Source: Lytechinus pictus (Eukaryota). Taken from it: DNA of 64,000 nucleotides. Position numbers and translations under genes: made by a program. Below the pieces are notes generated by a model. The model had not been told where the DNA came from and made no database searches. It was given only the letters and a program-made list of their open reading frames with translations. Below are positions 63,229 through 64,000 of this stretch, one piece after another (within the stretch, counting starts at the first letter, position 1; the number at the start of each line of letters is the position of its first letter). The DNA lies in NCBI RefSeq assembly GCF_037042905.1, contig NC_087251.1:44888001-44952000 (forward strand), read 5' to 3'.

Positions 63229-64000
63229 TAATGACGTTCAAAGACCCATTCACACAGACAGTGAAAGTTAAATGTTAAAGGGGAATAAAATGCTTGAAAC
63301 CAGTTTAATTCATATACAAGAGAAAAAAAACATAGAAACAGATCAATGAAAATTTGAGGCAGAGTGAATGACATTCAAAGACCCATTCACACAATAAAAG
63401 TTAACTGTTGAAAGAGAACAAAACCCTTGAAACCAGTTTAATTCATATAAAAGAGAAAAATCAAAGAAACAGATCAATGAAAATTTGAGGAAGAGTGAAT
63501 GACATACAAAGACCATTCACACAATTAAAATTTGAGGCAGAGTGAATGACGTTCAAAGACCCATTCACACAGTGAAAGCTAACCGTTGAAGGAGAAGAAA
63601 TCCCTTGAAACCAATTTAATTTATATAAAAGAGAAAAATCAATTAAACAGATCAATGAAAATTTGAGGAAGAGTGAGTGATGTTTAAAGACCCACTCACA
63701 CAATTTATGTTAACTGTTAAAGGTTAAAAAAAAATCCCTTTAAACCGGTTAAATTTATATACAAGAGAAAAATCAATTAAACAGATCAATGAAAATTTGA
63801 GGATGAGTGAATGACATACAAAGACCCATAAAGGCGAATGAAACTTTTGAAACCAGTTTAATTTATATAAAAAAAGAAATATCAAAGAAACAGATCAATT
63901 CAAATTTGAGGAAGAATAAAGTTATGAGCATTTGAATTTTAAGATTGTTAAATGCTATGTTATAGATCTTCCCATTTGCAATGTGACAGAGATCTGTGAT
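63229..64000 (+). repeat. Tandem array (~125-130-bp unit, ~5 copies) made of flank plus the left end of a family-B MITE
   Basis: Repeated AATGAC.TTCAAAGACCCATTCACAC...TTGAAACCAGTTTAATT.ATATA...AAACAGATCAATGAAAATTTGAGG; the last unit runs into the MITE body. Confidence 0.85.

Overview
This is animal genomic DNA: AT-rich, intron-containing and dense in MITEs and SINEs. The repeat content suggests a sea urchin (inference, not proven). Four spliced genes can be read. (1) The first coding exon of a stum/SPEC3-family membrane protein on the minus strand; later exons were not found. (2) TRMT5, tRNA m1G37 methyltransferase, on the plus strand: 3 coding exons, about 478 aa. (3) MNAT1/MAT1, CAK assembly factor, on the minus strand: 8 coding exons, about 326 aa, complete. 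(4) EGLN1/PHD2-type HIF prolyl hydroxylase with an N-terminal MYND finger on the plus strand: exons 1-3, apparently running off the window end. The most interesting observations are these. A ~5 kb mosaic between convergent TRMT5 and MNAT1 holds coding fragments of at least five unrelated transposon classes, all on one strand (piRNA-cluster-like). TRMT5 has a two-ATG/uORF leader suggesting control of mitochondrial versus nuclear isoforms. HIF-response-element motifs are concentrated in the EGLN locus. A copy of the EGLN exon-3 acceptor is captured inside a neighbouring MITE and creates a possible 13-nt poison micro-exon. The tail-to-tail TRMT5-MNAT1 arrangement matches human. Several nested insertions and transposon-to-satellite transitions are visible. 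All calls were made by eye without alignments; repeat boundaries are approximate unless TSDs are given.
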